A DNA stretch of 64,000 nt from Phycisphaerales bacterium. GTDB lineage: Bacteria > Planctomycetota > Phycisphaerae > Phycisphaerales > SM1A02. Each line of letters begins with the position of its first letter. Position 1 is the stretch's first letter. Below are positions 17,718 to 25,827 of the stretch, one piece after another. Under the pieces are notes generated by a model. It made no database searches. It saw only the letters and a program-made list of their open reading frames with translations, and was not told where the DNA came from. The DNA lies in the NCBI GenBank assembly GCA_049318425.1, contig JBMOGJ010000005.1:6326-70325 (forward strand). Reading direction: 5' to 3'. The position numbers and the translations under genes are program-made.

Positions 17718-19483
17718 TCTACGGGACGAGCGTGCTCGCGATCGTGGTCTTCGTGGCCTTCGTGACCGCCGTGCTGGCGTTGAGCTTCTGGCTCGGCTCG
17801 CGCGCGCGCAGCGCCGGCGGCTACTTCGCCGCCCACGGGCAGGTCGGATGGTTCGTGAACGGCATCGCGTTCGCCGGCGACTACCTCTCGGCGGCGAGCT
17901 TCCTCGGCATCTGCGGGATGATCGCCTTCTTCGGGTACGACGGGTTCCTCTACTCGATCGGGTACCTCGCGGGCTGGATCGTCGCGCTCTTCGTGATCGC
18001 GGAGCCGATCAAGCGCCTCGGCCGCTACACGCTCGCGGACGCGCTCAACGCGCGCTTCCAGTCGCGCGGCGTGAAGCTCGTGGCCGCGGTCGCGACGCTC
18101 GTCATCTCGCTCTTCTACCTCGTGCCGCAGATGGTCGGCGCGGGCGCGCTCGTGAAGCCGCTGCTCGGCCTGCCGCACTGGGCGGGCGTGGTGATGGTCG
18201 GCGTGTCGGTCACCGTGATCGTGGCGACCGCGGGCATGGTCAGCACGACCTGGGTGCAGTTCATCAAGGGCACGTTGCTGGTGGTGATCTGCGCGTTCGT
18301 GGTCGGGCTCATCCTCGAGCGCGGGTTCACGGTCCCGGCGACGCCGATCCGCGCCGACGAGGTGCAGACCCATTTCCGCGACCCGGGCGGGACGACGGTG
18401 GTGAACGGCGCGCCGCTCGCGCCCGACAACCAGCTCGACACGCGGCTGCGCGCCGAGCATGGCGTCGGATTCGGCAGCATCGCCGCGCTTCCCGGCGGCG
18501 TGTCGAGCACGGGACCGCTCGGGCCGTTCGCCTACATCGAGACGTTCTCGCAGTCGACCGTGCTCACCTGGCGGAAGGGCGTGGACGCGCAGGGCGCGAC
18601 CACCTTCACGCCGGTCGAGCGCAAGGGCTCGGACCTGCTGCTGCCCGGCGCGAACCCCACCTTCCGCGGGGTGCGCGACGACCGGGTCGCGTCGAAGCTC
18701 GACTTCATCTCGCTGATGCTCGCGCTGTTCCTCGGCACCGCGAGCCTGCCGCACATCCTGATCCGCTACTACACGGTGCGCGACGCGGCGGCCGCGCGCA
18801 AGAGCACCGTGGTCGGCATCGGCGCCATCGGCGTCTTCTACATCCTGACGCTGTACCTCGGCATCGGCGCGATGACGAGCGGCGCGCTCGACCCCACCGA
18901 CTCGAACATGTCGGCGCCGCTGCTCGCGAAGAGCTACGGCAACGGGCTGTTCGCGGTCATCAGCGCGGTCGCGTTCACCACCGTGCTCGGCACCGTGAGC
19001 GGACTCGTGATGGCGGGCGCCGGCGCGGTGGTGCACGACCTGTTGCGCGACGGCTTCCGCTGGAAGATGAGCGACGAGCAGCAGGTGCGCGTGGGCAAGC
19101 GCGTCGCCGTCGTGCTCGGCGCGGGCGCGATCGTGCTCGGCATCCTCTTCGAGAAGATGAACGTGACCTTCCTCGTCGGCTGGGCGTTCAACGTGGCCGC
19201 GAGCGCGAACCTGCCCTCGCTCGCGATGCTGCTCTTCTGGAAGCGGACCACGAAGGAGGGCGTGATCGCCGCGATGTCGGTCGGCCTCGTGTCGAGCCTC
19301 GCGTGGATCCTGCTCTCGGCGGACACGCTCGAGAAGGTCTACGGCTACTCGGCGGCCGACGCCGCGGCGGCGTCGATCGTGCCGTTCAGCCAGCCCGCGA
19401 TCGTCACGGTGCCGCTCGGATTCGCGACGCTGGTCGCGGTCTCGCTCGTGACAGGCGGTCGTCGGGGCGCTGCGAAGGCATGA
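17714..19483 (+). CDS. actP: Cation/acetate symporter ActP (SSS family)
   Basis: YFAAHGQVGWFVNGIAFAGDYLSAASFLGICGMIAFFGYDGFLYSIGYLAGW, and the overall length, match ActP. Confidence 0.9.
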   Translation: MIYGTSVLAIVVFVAFVTAVLALSFWLGSRARSAGGYFAAHGQVGWFVNGIAFAGDYLSAASFLGICGMIAFFGYDGFLYSIGYLAGWIVALFVIAEPIKRLGRYTLADALNARFQSRGVKLVAAVATLVISLFYLVPQMVGAGALVKPLLGLPHWAGVVMVGVSVTVIVATAGMVSTTWVQFIKGTLLVVICAFVVGLILERGFTVPATPIRADEVQTHFRDPGGTTVVNGAPLAPDNQLDTRLRAEHGVGFGSIAALPGGVSSTGPLGPFAYIETFSQSTVLTWRKGVDAQGATTFTPVERKGSDLLLPGANPTFRGVRDDRVASKLDFISLMLALFLGTASLPHILIRYYTVRDAAAARKSTVVGIGAIGVFYILTLYLGIGAMTSGALDPTDSNMSAPLLAKSYGNGLFAVISAVAFTTVLGTVSGLVMAGAGAVVHDLLRDGFRWKMSDEQQVRVGKRVAVVLGAGAIVLGILFEKMNVTFLVGWAFNVAASANLPSLAMLLFWKRTTKEGVIAAMSVGLVSSLAWILLSADTLEKVYGYSAADAAAASIVPFSQPAIVTVPLGFATLVAVSLVTGGRRGAAKA

Positions 19484-19487
19484 AATG

Positions 19488-19518
19488 CAGCGAGGCCGCG
19501 CGTCGCGCGGCCTCGCTG
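19488..19518 (+). terminator. Hairpin terminator downstream of actP
   Basis: Arm cagcgaggccgcg, loop cgtcg, arm cgcggcctcgctg (13-bp perfect stem), 5 nt after the actP stop, followed by gtggttcttcgt. Confidence 0.6.
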
Positions 19519-19578
19519 GTGGTTCTTCGTGCGGTCGGTCGACTCGACTCGGATCGGATCGACGCGGTTCCGATCGAC

Positions 19579-20133
19579 TTAGGCGCGGCTGCGGTACGAG
19601 CCGTCCGCGGTGCTGATGATCACCTTCTCACCGATGGTGATGAAGGGCGGCACGCGGGTCTTGAGGCCGGTCTCGCAGGTGGCTTCCTTGAGCTGGTTCG
19701 TCGCGGTCGCACCCTTGATGCCCGGCGGGGTGTCGGTGATCTCGAGGGTCACGGTCAGCGGAAGTTCGACCGAGATCGGCTTGCCGTCGCACCAGAGCAC
19801 GATCATCTGGGTGTTGGGGAGGACGAACAGGGCGAGGTCGCCGACGACCTCCTTGGAGAGCTCGACCTGGTCGTAGCTCTCGAGGTCCATGAACACCGAC
19901 TTGCCGCCCTGGTCGTACAGGTACTCCATCTGGCGGCGGTCGAGGTCGACCTGCTCGACGTCCTCACCGGAGCGGAGGCGCTTCTCGATGAGCGAACCCG
20001 ACTTGAGGTCGCGGATCTTGATCTGGACGAACGCGCGGAGGTTGCCGGGGGTCCGGTGTTCGGTCTCGGTGATCAGGAAGAGCTTGCCATCCATCTTGAT
20101 GGCCATGCCGGGAGTCAGGTCGGTGCTGTTCAA
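19579..20133 (-). CDS. efp: Elongation factor P
   Basis: (M)NSTDLTPGMAIKMDGKLFLITETEHRTPGNLRAFVQIKIRDLKSGS matches the canonical EF-P N-terminus. TTG start at 20133 with GAGGA 7 nt upstream. The ORF stays open upstream to 20403, but that part has non-coding codon usage. Confidence 0.9.
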   Translation of the reverse strand: MNSTDLTPGMAIKMDGKLFLITETEHRTPGNLRAFVQIKIRDLKSGSLIEKRLRSGEDVEQVDLDRRQMEYLYDQGGKSVFMDLESYDQVELSKEVVGDLALFVLPNTQMIVLWCDGKPISVELPLTVTLEITDTPPGIKGATATNQLKEATCETGLKTRVPPFITIGEKVIISTADGSYRSRA

Positions 20134-20233
20134 AGTGAGTTCCTCAAGGGAGTAAAGCGGAGGGGGAATGTAGCACGGCGGCCGAGGGGGGACGCCGCGC
20201 GTCCGCTGCAGAGGCTGCGAAACCTCGATGTAT

Positions 20234-20265
20234 ACAAAGAAAGACCCCCGGCACATGGCCGGGGG
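20234..20265 (-). terminator. Intrinsic-terminator-like hairpin plus U-tract, 100-130 nt upstream of the efp start
   Basis: The minus strand reads CCCCCGGC-catgt-GCCGGGGG followed by tctttctttgt. A T-rich run is rare in this GC-rich window. Confidence 0.55.
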
Positions 20266-20574
20266 CGGAGGGAGGGAAAAGGGCTCTTTAGGAGGAGTCT
20301 TGCGACTCAACTCAAGAAACAAGATGTCACGGAAAACCCCTGAGGCAAGGACTCGAGGTGATTTTTCTTGGATTTGCTCCACCCATCGGAGTGACCGACA
20401 CAAATCAGGCCCGCGGGACGATCGTCAAGGGTGGGATTCACGGCGATCGCGGCGTCCGGGCCGGTCGGATAGACTGTCGCCCCCGCTCGGACGGGGGGGT
20501 GGCCGAGGCTGCAACTGCGCCGAACTCCACGGGTATCCCGCCCCCCCGAGCCCGCCCAACGCGAAAGAACGCCG

Positions 20575-21864
20575 ATGTCCCGCACGAACCGACACTCATC
20601 GAACTCGCTCGCCCGCACCGGACTGCCTGTCCTCCTCTCGCTGGCCCTGTCGGGTCTGCTGCTCGGGCAGAGCGGCTGCGATCGTGCCGGGACGAACGGC
20701 GCGGGCCAGACCAGTGCCGGATCGGGTGCCGTAACCACGGCCGCGGCGGGTACTTCGGGGGCGACGGCTCCGGCTCCGAAGGCCGAGGATGGTGGGGCGG
20801 CTGGGGCGGCTGCCGCGCCGGTCGCTGCGGCCCAGGCCCCGGCAGCGCAGTCGTCGGGACAGGAGTCGTCAGGACAGGAGTCGTCGGCGCAGGAGTCCTC
20901 GGGGGAGGCCGTCGACGGACCGCCGCCGGTCCGTCTCGAGCCCGAGTTCATCGACTTCGGCATCCTGCCGCCGTCGGTGACCAAGGAGGGCGTCGTCAAG
21001 CTGGTGAACACCGGCAACAAGGAACTCGAGATCCTCACCGTGCAGCCGAGCTGCAAGTGCACCACCACCGAGGATGTGTCGGGCCGGAAGATCCCGGTCG
21101 GCGGCTTCCTCGAGCTCAAGGCGAACATGAAGGCCCAGTCGGCGCCGGGCAAGAAGACCGCGGAGATCAAGGTGCTCATCGACGGCTACAGCCAGGTGAT
21201 TCCGATCCAGCTCAAGCAGGAGGTCTCGCTCCCGATTCGCGTGAGCCCGTCGTATCTCAACGTCGTGAAGGGCCAGCCGACCAAGGGGCGGACGGTCATC
21301 GAGTCGATCGACAAGCAGCCGTTCACCATCTGCGCCGTCGGCGGGAAGAAGCCCAATCTGATCGGATTCGATCCCGCGAAGGATGCGCCGCGCTCGCAGT
21401 ACCTGCTGGATTGGGACTTCGAGCGCGACTTCGCGCCCGGCGAGGCGAAGCGCTACTGGCTGATCGAGACCGACCGCGAGGACTGCCCGCTGGTCGACAT
21501 CTTCGTCCGGCATGAGACGACCGTCGTCCTCCCGAAGGGCATCGCGCCGACGGAGTACCGCCACACCTTCGGTCGCCTCGAGCAGGGCAAGACCTACGAC
21601 TTCGTGCTCGAGCTCACCAAGATGTCGCCCGATGAGCAGATCGTCGCGGCGGCGAGCGCGTCGAGCGCTGCGAAGGTCGAGCTGGTGAGCGCCGCGATGG
21701 AGGGCGAGGTCATGCGCGTCAACCTTCGGGTGGTCCCGAATGCGGACACGCTGGGTCTCACCTGGATCCCGTTCATGGTGTACAGCTCGACCGGCCGTCA
21801 GGCGGAGCAGGCCGTGTGGGGACAGTACGTTCCCGCTGGCCACAAGGGCTGCTACGGTCGCTGA
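20575..21864 (+). CDS. DUF1573 domain-containing lipoprotein
   Basis: Lipobox LLLGQSGC. The DUF1573 signature is IDFGILPPSVTKEGVVKLVNTGNKELEILTVQPSCKCTT. There is a Ser/Gln/Glu-rich linker. Confidence 0.75.
   Translation: MSRTNRHSSNSLARTGLPVLLSLALSGLLLGQSGCDRAGTNGAGQTSAGSGAVTTAAAGTSGATAPAPKAEDGGAAGAAAAPVAAAQAPAAQSSGQESSGQESSAQESSGEAVDGPPPVRLEPEFIDFGILPPSVTKEGVVKLVNTGNKELEILTVQPSCKCTTTEDVSGRKIPVGGFLELKANMKAQSAPGKKTAEIKVLIDGYSQVIPIQLKQEVSLPIRVSPSYLNVVKGQPTKGRTVIESIDKQPFTICAVGGKKPNLIGFDPAKDAPRSQYLLDWDFERDFAPGEAKRYWLIETDREDCPLVDIFVRHETTVVLPKGIAPTEYRHTFGRLEQGKTYDFVLELTKMSPDEQIVAAASASSAAKVELVSAAMEGEVMRVNLRVVPNADTLGLTWIPFMVYSSTGRQAEQAVWGQYVPAGHKGCYGR
20848..20904. repeat. In-frame 15-bp imperfect tandem repeat (QSSG-QESSG-QESSA-QESSG) in the DUF1573 linker
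   Basis: caggagtcgtc(a/g)g(g/c) units are repeated about 3.8 times. Confidence 0.8.
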
Positions 21865-21973
21865 GCCGACCGCGAAGGTTGGCGGGCGTCGTCACCTGCG
21901 TCAGCGCGAGCATCGCCAAACCGAGCAGAAGCTGTTGCATCGCCATTGACCGCGGCAGCGCGATGATCGCCAT

Positions 21974-22003
21974 GAAGCACCGACGACGAATCGTCGGTGC
22001 TTC
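21974..22003. terminator. Perfect 13-bp hairpin between convergent genes (DUF1573 gene and tauE)
   Basis: Arm gaagcaccgacga, loop cgaa, arm tcgtcggtgcttc. It sits between the two stop codons. Confidence 0.6.
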
Positions 22004-22012
22004 GGCGGCCTG

Positions 22013-22864
22013 TCACCGAGCACCGATCCACGACTGGATCGTCTCAAGCAGTTCCGCGCCGCCGACCGTCACCATGCGGAAGCCCGCGAAGGCGAGAAGA
22101 AGTGACAGGCACGCCCGGATCGCCACGATCGGCAACTTGTAGACCAGCGCCGCGCCGAGCGATCCGCCGAGCGTGGCCATCGGCGTCAGCAGCAGGGCGA
22201 GGAACAGCGCCGACTGGTGCGTCAGGGGCTGGCCGCTCGGATCGGTGAGCCCCGTGACGCTGAGGTTCTTTGCGGTGGCGCCGACGGTGCAGGCGACGAT
22301 CATCGCCGCGGCGGAACTGGCGACGGCCTGTCGCACCGGCAGCTTTCCGAATCGTCGGAGGAGCGGAACCATGATTGCGCCGCCGCCGATCCCGAGGAGT
22401 CCGGAGGCGAATCCGCCGATGGCGCCGACCCCGATGCCGAGCTTCCACCTCGTGCCTTCGGATGCCGGAGGCTCTGGATCGGGGGCGCGGCGCAGGAGTC
22501 CAAGCACCTCGGCCGCCGCGGCGTAGAGCAGAAACACGCCGAACACCGCGGCGAGCGGCTTCGGCTGCAGCATGTTGCTCACGAAGACCCCGGCGAGGGC
22601 GGCGAGCGTGGTGGAGGCCGCCATGACGGGTGCGATGTCGCGGCGGATGGTCCCCCGGCCACGGTGTCGGAGCGTGGCGGCACCGGCGACGAAGATGTTG
22701 GCGATGAGTGCGCTGGACTGGTAGAGGTGCTGGTTCGTTCCGAGCAGCAGCGTGAGGGCGGGGATGATGAACACCGATCCGCCGAGGCCGAGCAGGCCCC
22801 CGAGGGTGCCTCCGACGAGCCCGATGAGGGCGATGGCGAGCATCTGACCGGCGGTCCACTGCAT
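22013..22864 (-). CDS. Sulfite exporter TauE/SafE family membrane protein
   Basis: MLAIALIGLVGGTLGGLLGLGGSVFIIPALTLLLG, and a second internal repeat GGFASGLLGIGGGAIMVPLL, are typical of TauE/SafE. Confidence 0.85.
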   Translation of the reverse strand: MQWTAGQMLAIALIGLVGGTLGGLLGLGGSVFIIPALTLLLGTNQHLYQSSALIANIFVAGAATLRHRGRGTIRRDIAPVMAASTTLAALAGVFVSNMLQPKPLAAVFGVFLLYAAAAEVLGLLRRAPDPEPPASEGTRWKLGIGVGAIGGFASGLLGIGGGAIMVPLLRRFGKLPVRQAVASSAAAMIVACTVGATAKNLSVTGLTDPSGQPLTHQSALFLALLLTPMATLGGSLGAALVYKLPIVAIRACLSLLLAFAGFRMVTVGGAELLETIQSWIGAR

Positions 22865-23247
22865 CGATGGTGGAGGCTATCAGAGCCCGTTGTGTCTGGC
22901 GAGCGAGGGTCGGATCGTGCGATCCTTGCGCAAGCTTGGAGGCGACCGGCGGACTGCGGAAGTCGCGCCTCGAGTCGGACGATCAACTCGCCGCGAACGC
23001 ACTCGACTCGGGTGGGGACGGCGCTACCATCCACGCCGCTCCGAGGATGCTCCGGCGACAGGTCTTCCGTGACGGTCGCGGCGCACCCAACTGGGTCGGG
23101 ATGTTCGGCGGAGGCGTCGGCCTCGACAGCGCTCGGCTCGACAAACCGCGCGCCCATTTCGCGAGCGACCTCAGGCGCAGCAACGCTCGCCGAACGGACG
23201 CGTGCGGTCAAGGACAGGGCGGTTCGCGGACAGGACGATGCACCGTG

Positions 23248-24048
23248 ATGCCAGGAAAGTTCCAACATCACCGACCAGCCTTCGGCCGCGGGCACCTCGC
23301 GACCGTGCTCGCGTCCGCGTGCGCCGCGTTGCTCGTGGGACTCGGGGTCGGCACCGGCCGGGAGGCCGAGAGCGCCGACGCGATCGGCACCGGCATCGGC
23401 GGAGCGCCCGCCATCGCGCTGGCCGACGGCATCACCGACATCAACGACCGCGGCTTCGTCGGCACGCTCACGGGACACGGCGCCGAGGCTGCTCGTGCTC
23501 CGGCGCTGACCGACACGATCCTCGCCCGAATTCTCCCCGGCCGCTTCGGCCGCAGTGGACTCGCCAGCAATCCCGCGAGAGGTGCCGATACCGCCCGTAC
23601 GTCGGCGGCGTCCGATGCGACGGAGGTGGCTTCGTACAACGGTCGTCCGATCCGGCTCGCGCGGACCATGCGGATGAAGGTCACCGCCTACAGCCCCGAC
23701 TACCGCAGCTGCGGAGCGAGCGCCGACGGCATCACCGCCAGCGGGTTCTCCGTGCTCACCAATGGCGGGTTCATGGTCGCGGCGGACCCGCGGGTGCTCC
23801 CGCTCGGTTCGCTGGTCAGTGTTCCCGGCTATGACGGTGGCGCCGTGGTCCCGGTGCTCGATACGGGCGGCGCGATCAAGGGCAGTCGCCTCGATGTGCT
23901 GTTCCCGACCCACGAAGTCGCGATGCAGTGGGGTGTGCGCGACATCGAGGTCGGGATCTGGGAGTACGCCGACGGCCTGCCGAACGGCTTCCGCAGGCTC
24001 CGTCGTCCGAGCTCCGAGCCGCGCGTGCAGCTGCCCGCCGGTGAGTGA
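23248..24048 (+). CDS. 3D domain-containing (MltA/Rpf-accessory-like) secreted protein
   Basis: The C-terminus VTAYSPDYRSCGASADGITASGFSV...ADPRVLPLGSLVSVPGYDGGAVVPVLDTGGAIKGSRLDVLF is the 3D domain. ORF 22867..24048 is trimmed to MPGKFQHH, followed by a hydrophobic anchor. Confidence 0.75.
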   Translation: MPGKFQHHRPAFGRGHLATVLASACAALLVGLGVGTGREAESADAIGTGIGGAPAIALADGITDINDRGFVGTLTGHGAEAARAPALTDTILARILPGRFGRSGLASNPARGADTARTSAASDATEVASYNGRPIRLARTMRMKVTAYSPDYRSCGASADGITASGFSVLTNGGFMVAADPRVLPLGSLVSVPGYDGGAVVPVLDTGGAIKGSRLDVLFPTHEVAMQWGVRDIEVGIWEYADGLPNGFRRLRRPSSEPRVQLPAGE

Positions 24049-24101
24049 GCGCGTCGCAGCCCCGAGCAACCATCGGAGTCCATCGGTCGGTGCGAGCGTG
24101 C

Positions 24102-25652
24102 TCACGCGGCCGCTCCCGCGCGCATGCGGTCGAGGATCCGGTAGTGGATCGCCTCGGCGATCTGCGCCTCGCCGACGGCGTCGCAGCCATCGAGGTCGGC
24201 GATGGTGCGCGCGACCCGGCGGATGCGGTCGTACGCGCGGGCCGAGAGGCCGAGATCGCGCATGACCGACTCGAGCATGCGCTGCGCCGCCGCCTCGAGC
24301 ACGCAGCATCGGTCGAGTTCGCGCCCCGGAAGGCGCGCGTTCGCGCGGCCGCGTCCCTGGCGCGCCTCCATGCGCGTGCGCGCGGCGAGCACCTTCGCGC
24401 GCAGCTCCGCGCTCGACATGCCCGCGCGCGCCGACTGGAGCGAGGCGAACGGCACCGCGCGGACCTCGACATGCATGTCGATGCGGTCGAGCAGCGGCCC
24501 CGAGAGCCGCCCGATGTACTGCTCCTGCGCGCGCTTCTCGGCGGCGCTCTGCGCGAAGCCCCCGGCGTGACTCGGGTTCATCGCGGCCACGAGCATGGTG
24601 CGCGCCGGGAACCGCACCGTCCCGTTGGCGCGTGAGATGCTCACGAATCCATCCTCGAGCGGCTCGCGGAGGCACTCGAGTGCCGAGCGCGGGAACTCCG
24701 GAAGCTCGTCGAGGAACAGCACGCCGTGGTGCGCGAGGCTCACCTCGCCGGGGCGGGGGACGCTGCCGCCGCCGACGATCGCCGCCGAGCTCGCCGAGTG
24801 GTGGGGCGCGCGGAACGGCCGCTCGCGGATCAGGCCCGCGCCGCGCGGCACCGCGCCGACGGACGAGTAGATGCGGGTCACGTCGAGCGATTCGTCGGGA
24901 GTGAGCGGGGGGAGGATCCCCGGCAGCGCGCGCGCCATCATCGTCTTGCCACTGCCGGCGGGGCCGATCATGAGCGCGTTGTGCCCTCCGGCCGCGGCGA
25001 TCGCGAGCGCGCGCTTCGCGGCCTCCTGCCCGCGGACATCGCCGAAGTCGGTCGCCGCGCCGAAGGGCGGCGGACAGCTCGCCGGCGGCGGCTGCCGCGG
25101 GATGTCGAACATCCCGTTGAGGAACCCCGCGGCCTCGTCGAGGCGCGCGACGCCGTAGACCTCGATGCCCTCCACCACCGCGGCCTCGGGCGCGTTCGCC
25201 GCGGGGAGGATCACCCCGCGCAGGCCGCGCTCCCGGGCGAAGGCGGCGAAGCTGGTCGCGCCGCGGATCGGCCGGACGAGCCCGTCGAGCGCGAGTTCGC
25301 CCGCGATCGCGAAGTGATCGAGCCGCGCGTCGGCGCGGTGGCCGACGATCCCCTGCATGCGGAGGAGCGCGAGCGCGATCGGCAGGTCGTAGACCGGCCC
25401 TTCCTTGCGGAGGTCGGCGGGAGCGAGGTTGATGACGCAGTCCCCGCGCGGCGTCGGGAATCGGCACGACGCCATCGCGGCTCGGACGCGCTGGTGCGAC
25501 TCGCGCACGCTCGCGTCGGGCAGTCCGACCACATGCGTGCGCGGGCCGGCCTCCGCGTGTCCGTCGCGCTGACGGACGGGCCGCTCATCACACTCGATCT
25601 CGACGGGAAGGGCGTCGATCCCCCGTAAGGCGAAGCTCTGGATGCGTTGCAT
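24102..25652 (-). CDS. comM: YifB/ComM family Mg-chelatase-like AAA+ ATPase
   Basis: The N-terminal Lon-protease-like domain, Walker A MIGPAGSGKTM, VLFLDELPEF, and the C-terminal RAYDRIRRVARTIADLDG are canonical YifB. Confidence 0.92.
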   Translation of the reverse strand: MQRIQSFALRGIDALPVEIECDERPVRQRDGHAEAGPRTHVVGLPDASVRESHQRVRAAMASCRFPTPRGDCVINLAPADLRKEGPVYDLPIALALLRMQGIVGHRADARLDHFAIAGELALDGLVRPIRGATSFAAFARERGLRGVILPAANAPEAAVVEGIEVYGVARLDEAAGFLNGMFDIPRQPPPASCPPPFGAATDFGDVRGQEAAKRALAIAAAGGHNALMIGPAGSGKTMMARALPGILPPLTPDESLDVTRIYSSVGAVPRGAGLIRERPFRAPHHSASSAAIVGGGSVPRPGEVSLAHHGVLFLDELPEFPRSALECLREPLEDGFVSISRANGTVRFPARTMLVAAMNPSHAGGFAQSAAEKRAQEQYIGRLSGPLLDRIDMHVEVRAVPFASLQSARAGMSSAELRAKVLAARTRMEARQGRGRANARLPGRELDRCCVLEAAAQRMLESVMRDLGLSARAYDRIRRVARTIADLDGCDAVGEAQIAEAIHYRILDRMRAGAAA

Positions 25653-25785
25653 GCATCCGTTCTAACCCGCCGCCGGAGTGGGTCGCGATTTCAATACAGT
25701 TTTACCGGCGACATTTCTCGCCGCGAAAAATCCTGCGAAATCTCCTTCGGACGCATGCGCACGGTCGCCCGAGAGTCGGTCGGCA

Positions 25786-25820
25786 ACGCGCGTGCACGCG
25801 CTCACACGCGCGCATGCGCG
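25786..25820. repeat. Two perfect palindromes within alternating purine-pyrimidine tracts
   Basis: GCGCGTGCACGCGC at 25788..25801 and CGCGCATGCGCG at 25809..25820. The alternating Pu-Py runs are 16 nt and 18 nt. They lie between the putA stop and the comM start. Confidence 0.9.
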
Positions 25821-25827
25821 AACCGAC

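Noticed and set aside
19579-20403. Full 274-aa ORF as an N-terminally extended EF-P.
   Set aside because: The conserved EF-P N-terminus begins exactly at the TTG at 20133, which has a GAGGA Shine-Dalgarno sequence. The upstream 90 codons use atypical A/T-ending codons and contain a terminator-like hairpin. They are kept as a regulatory hypothesis, not as a CDS.
22867-23247. N-terminal 127 codons of ORF 22867..24048 as part of the 3D-domain protein.
   Set aside because: This segment has no signal peptide and a non-protein-like composition. A Met followed by a hydrophobic anchor at 23248 gives a sensible secreted protein. The region is treated as a leader.
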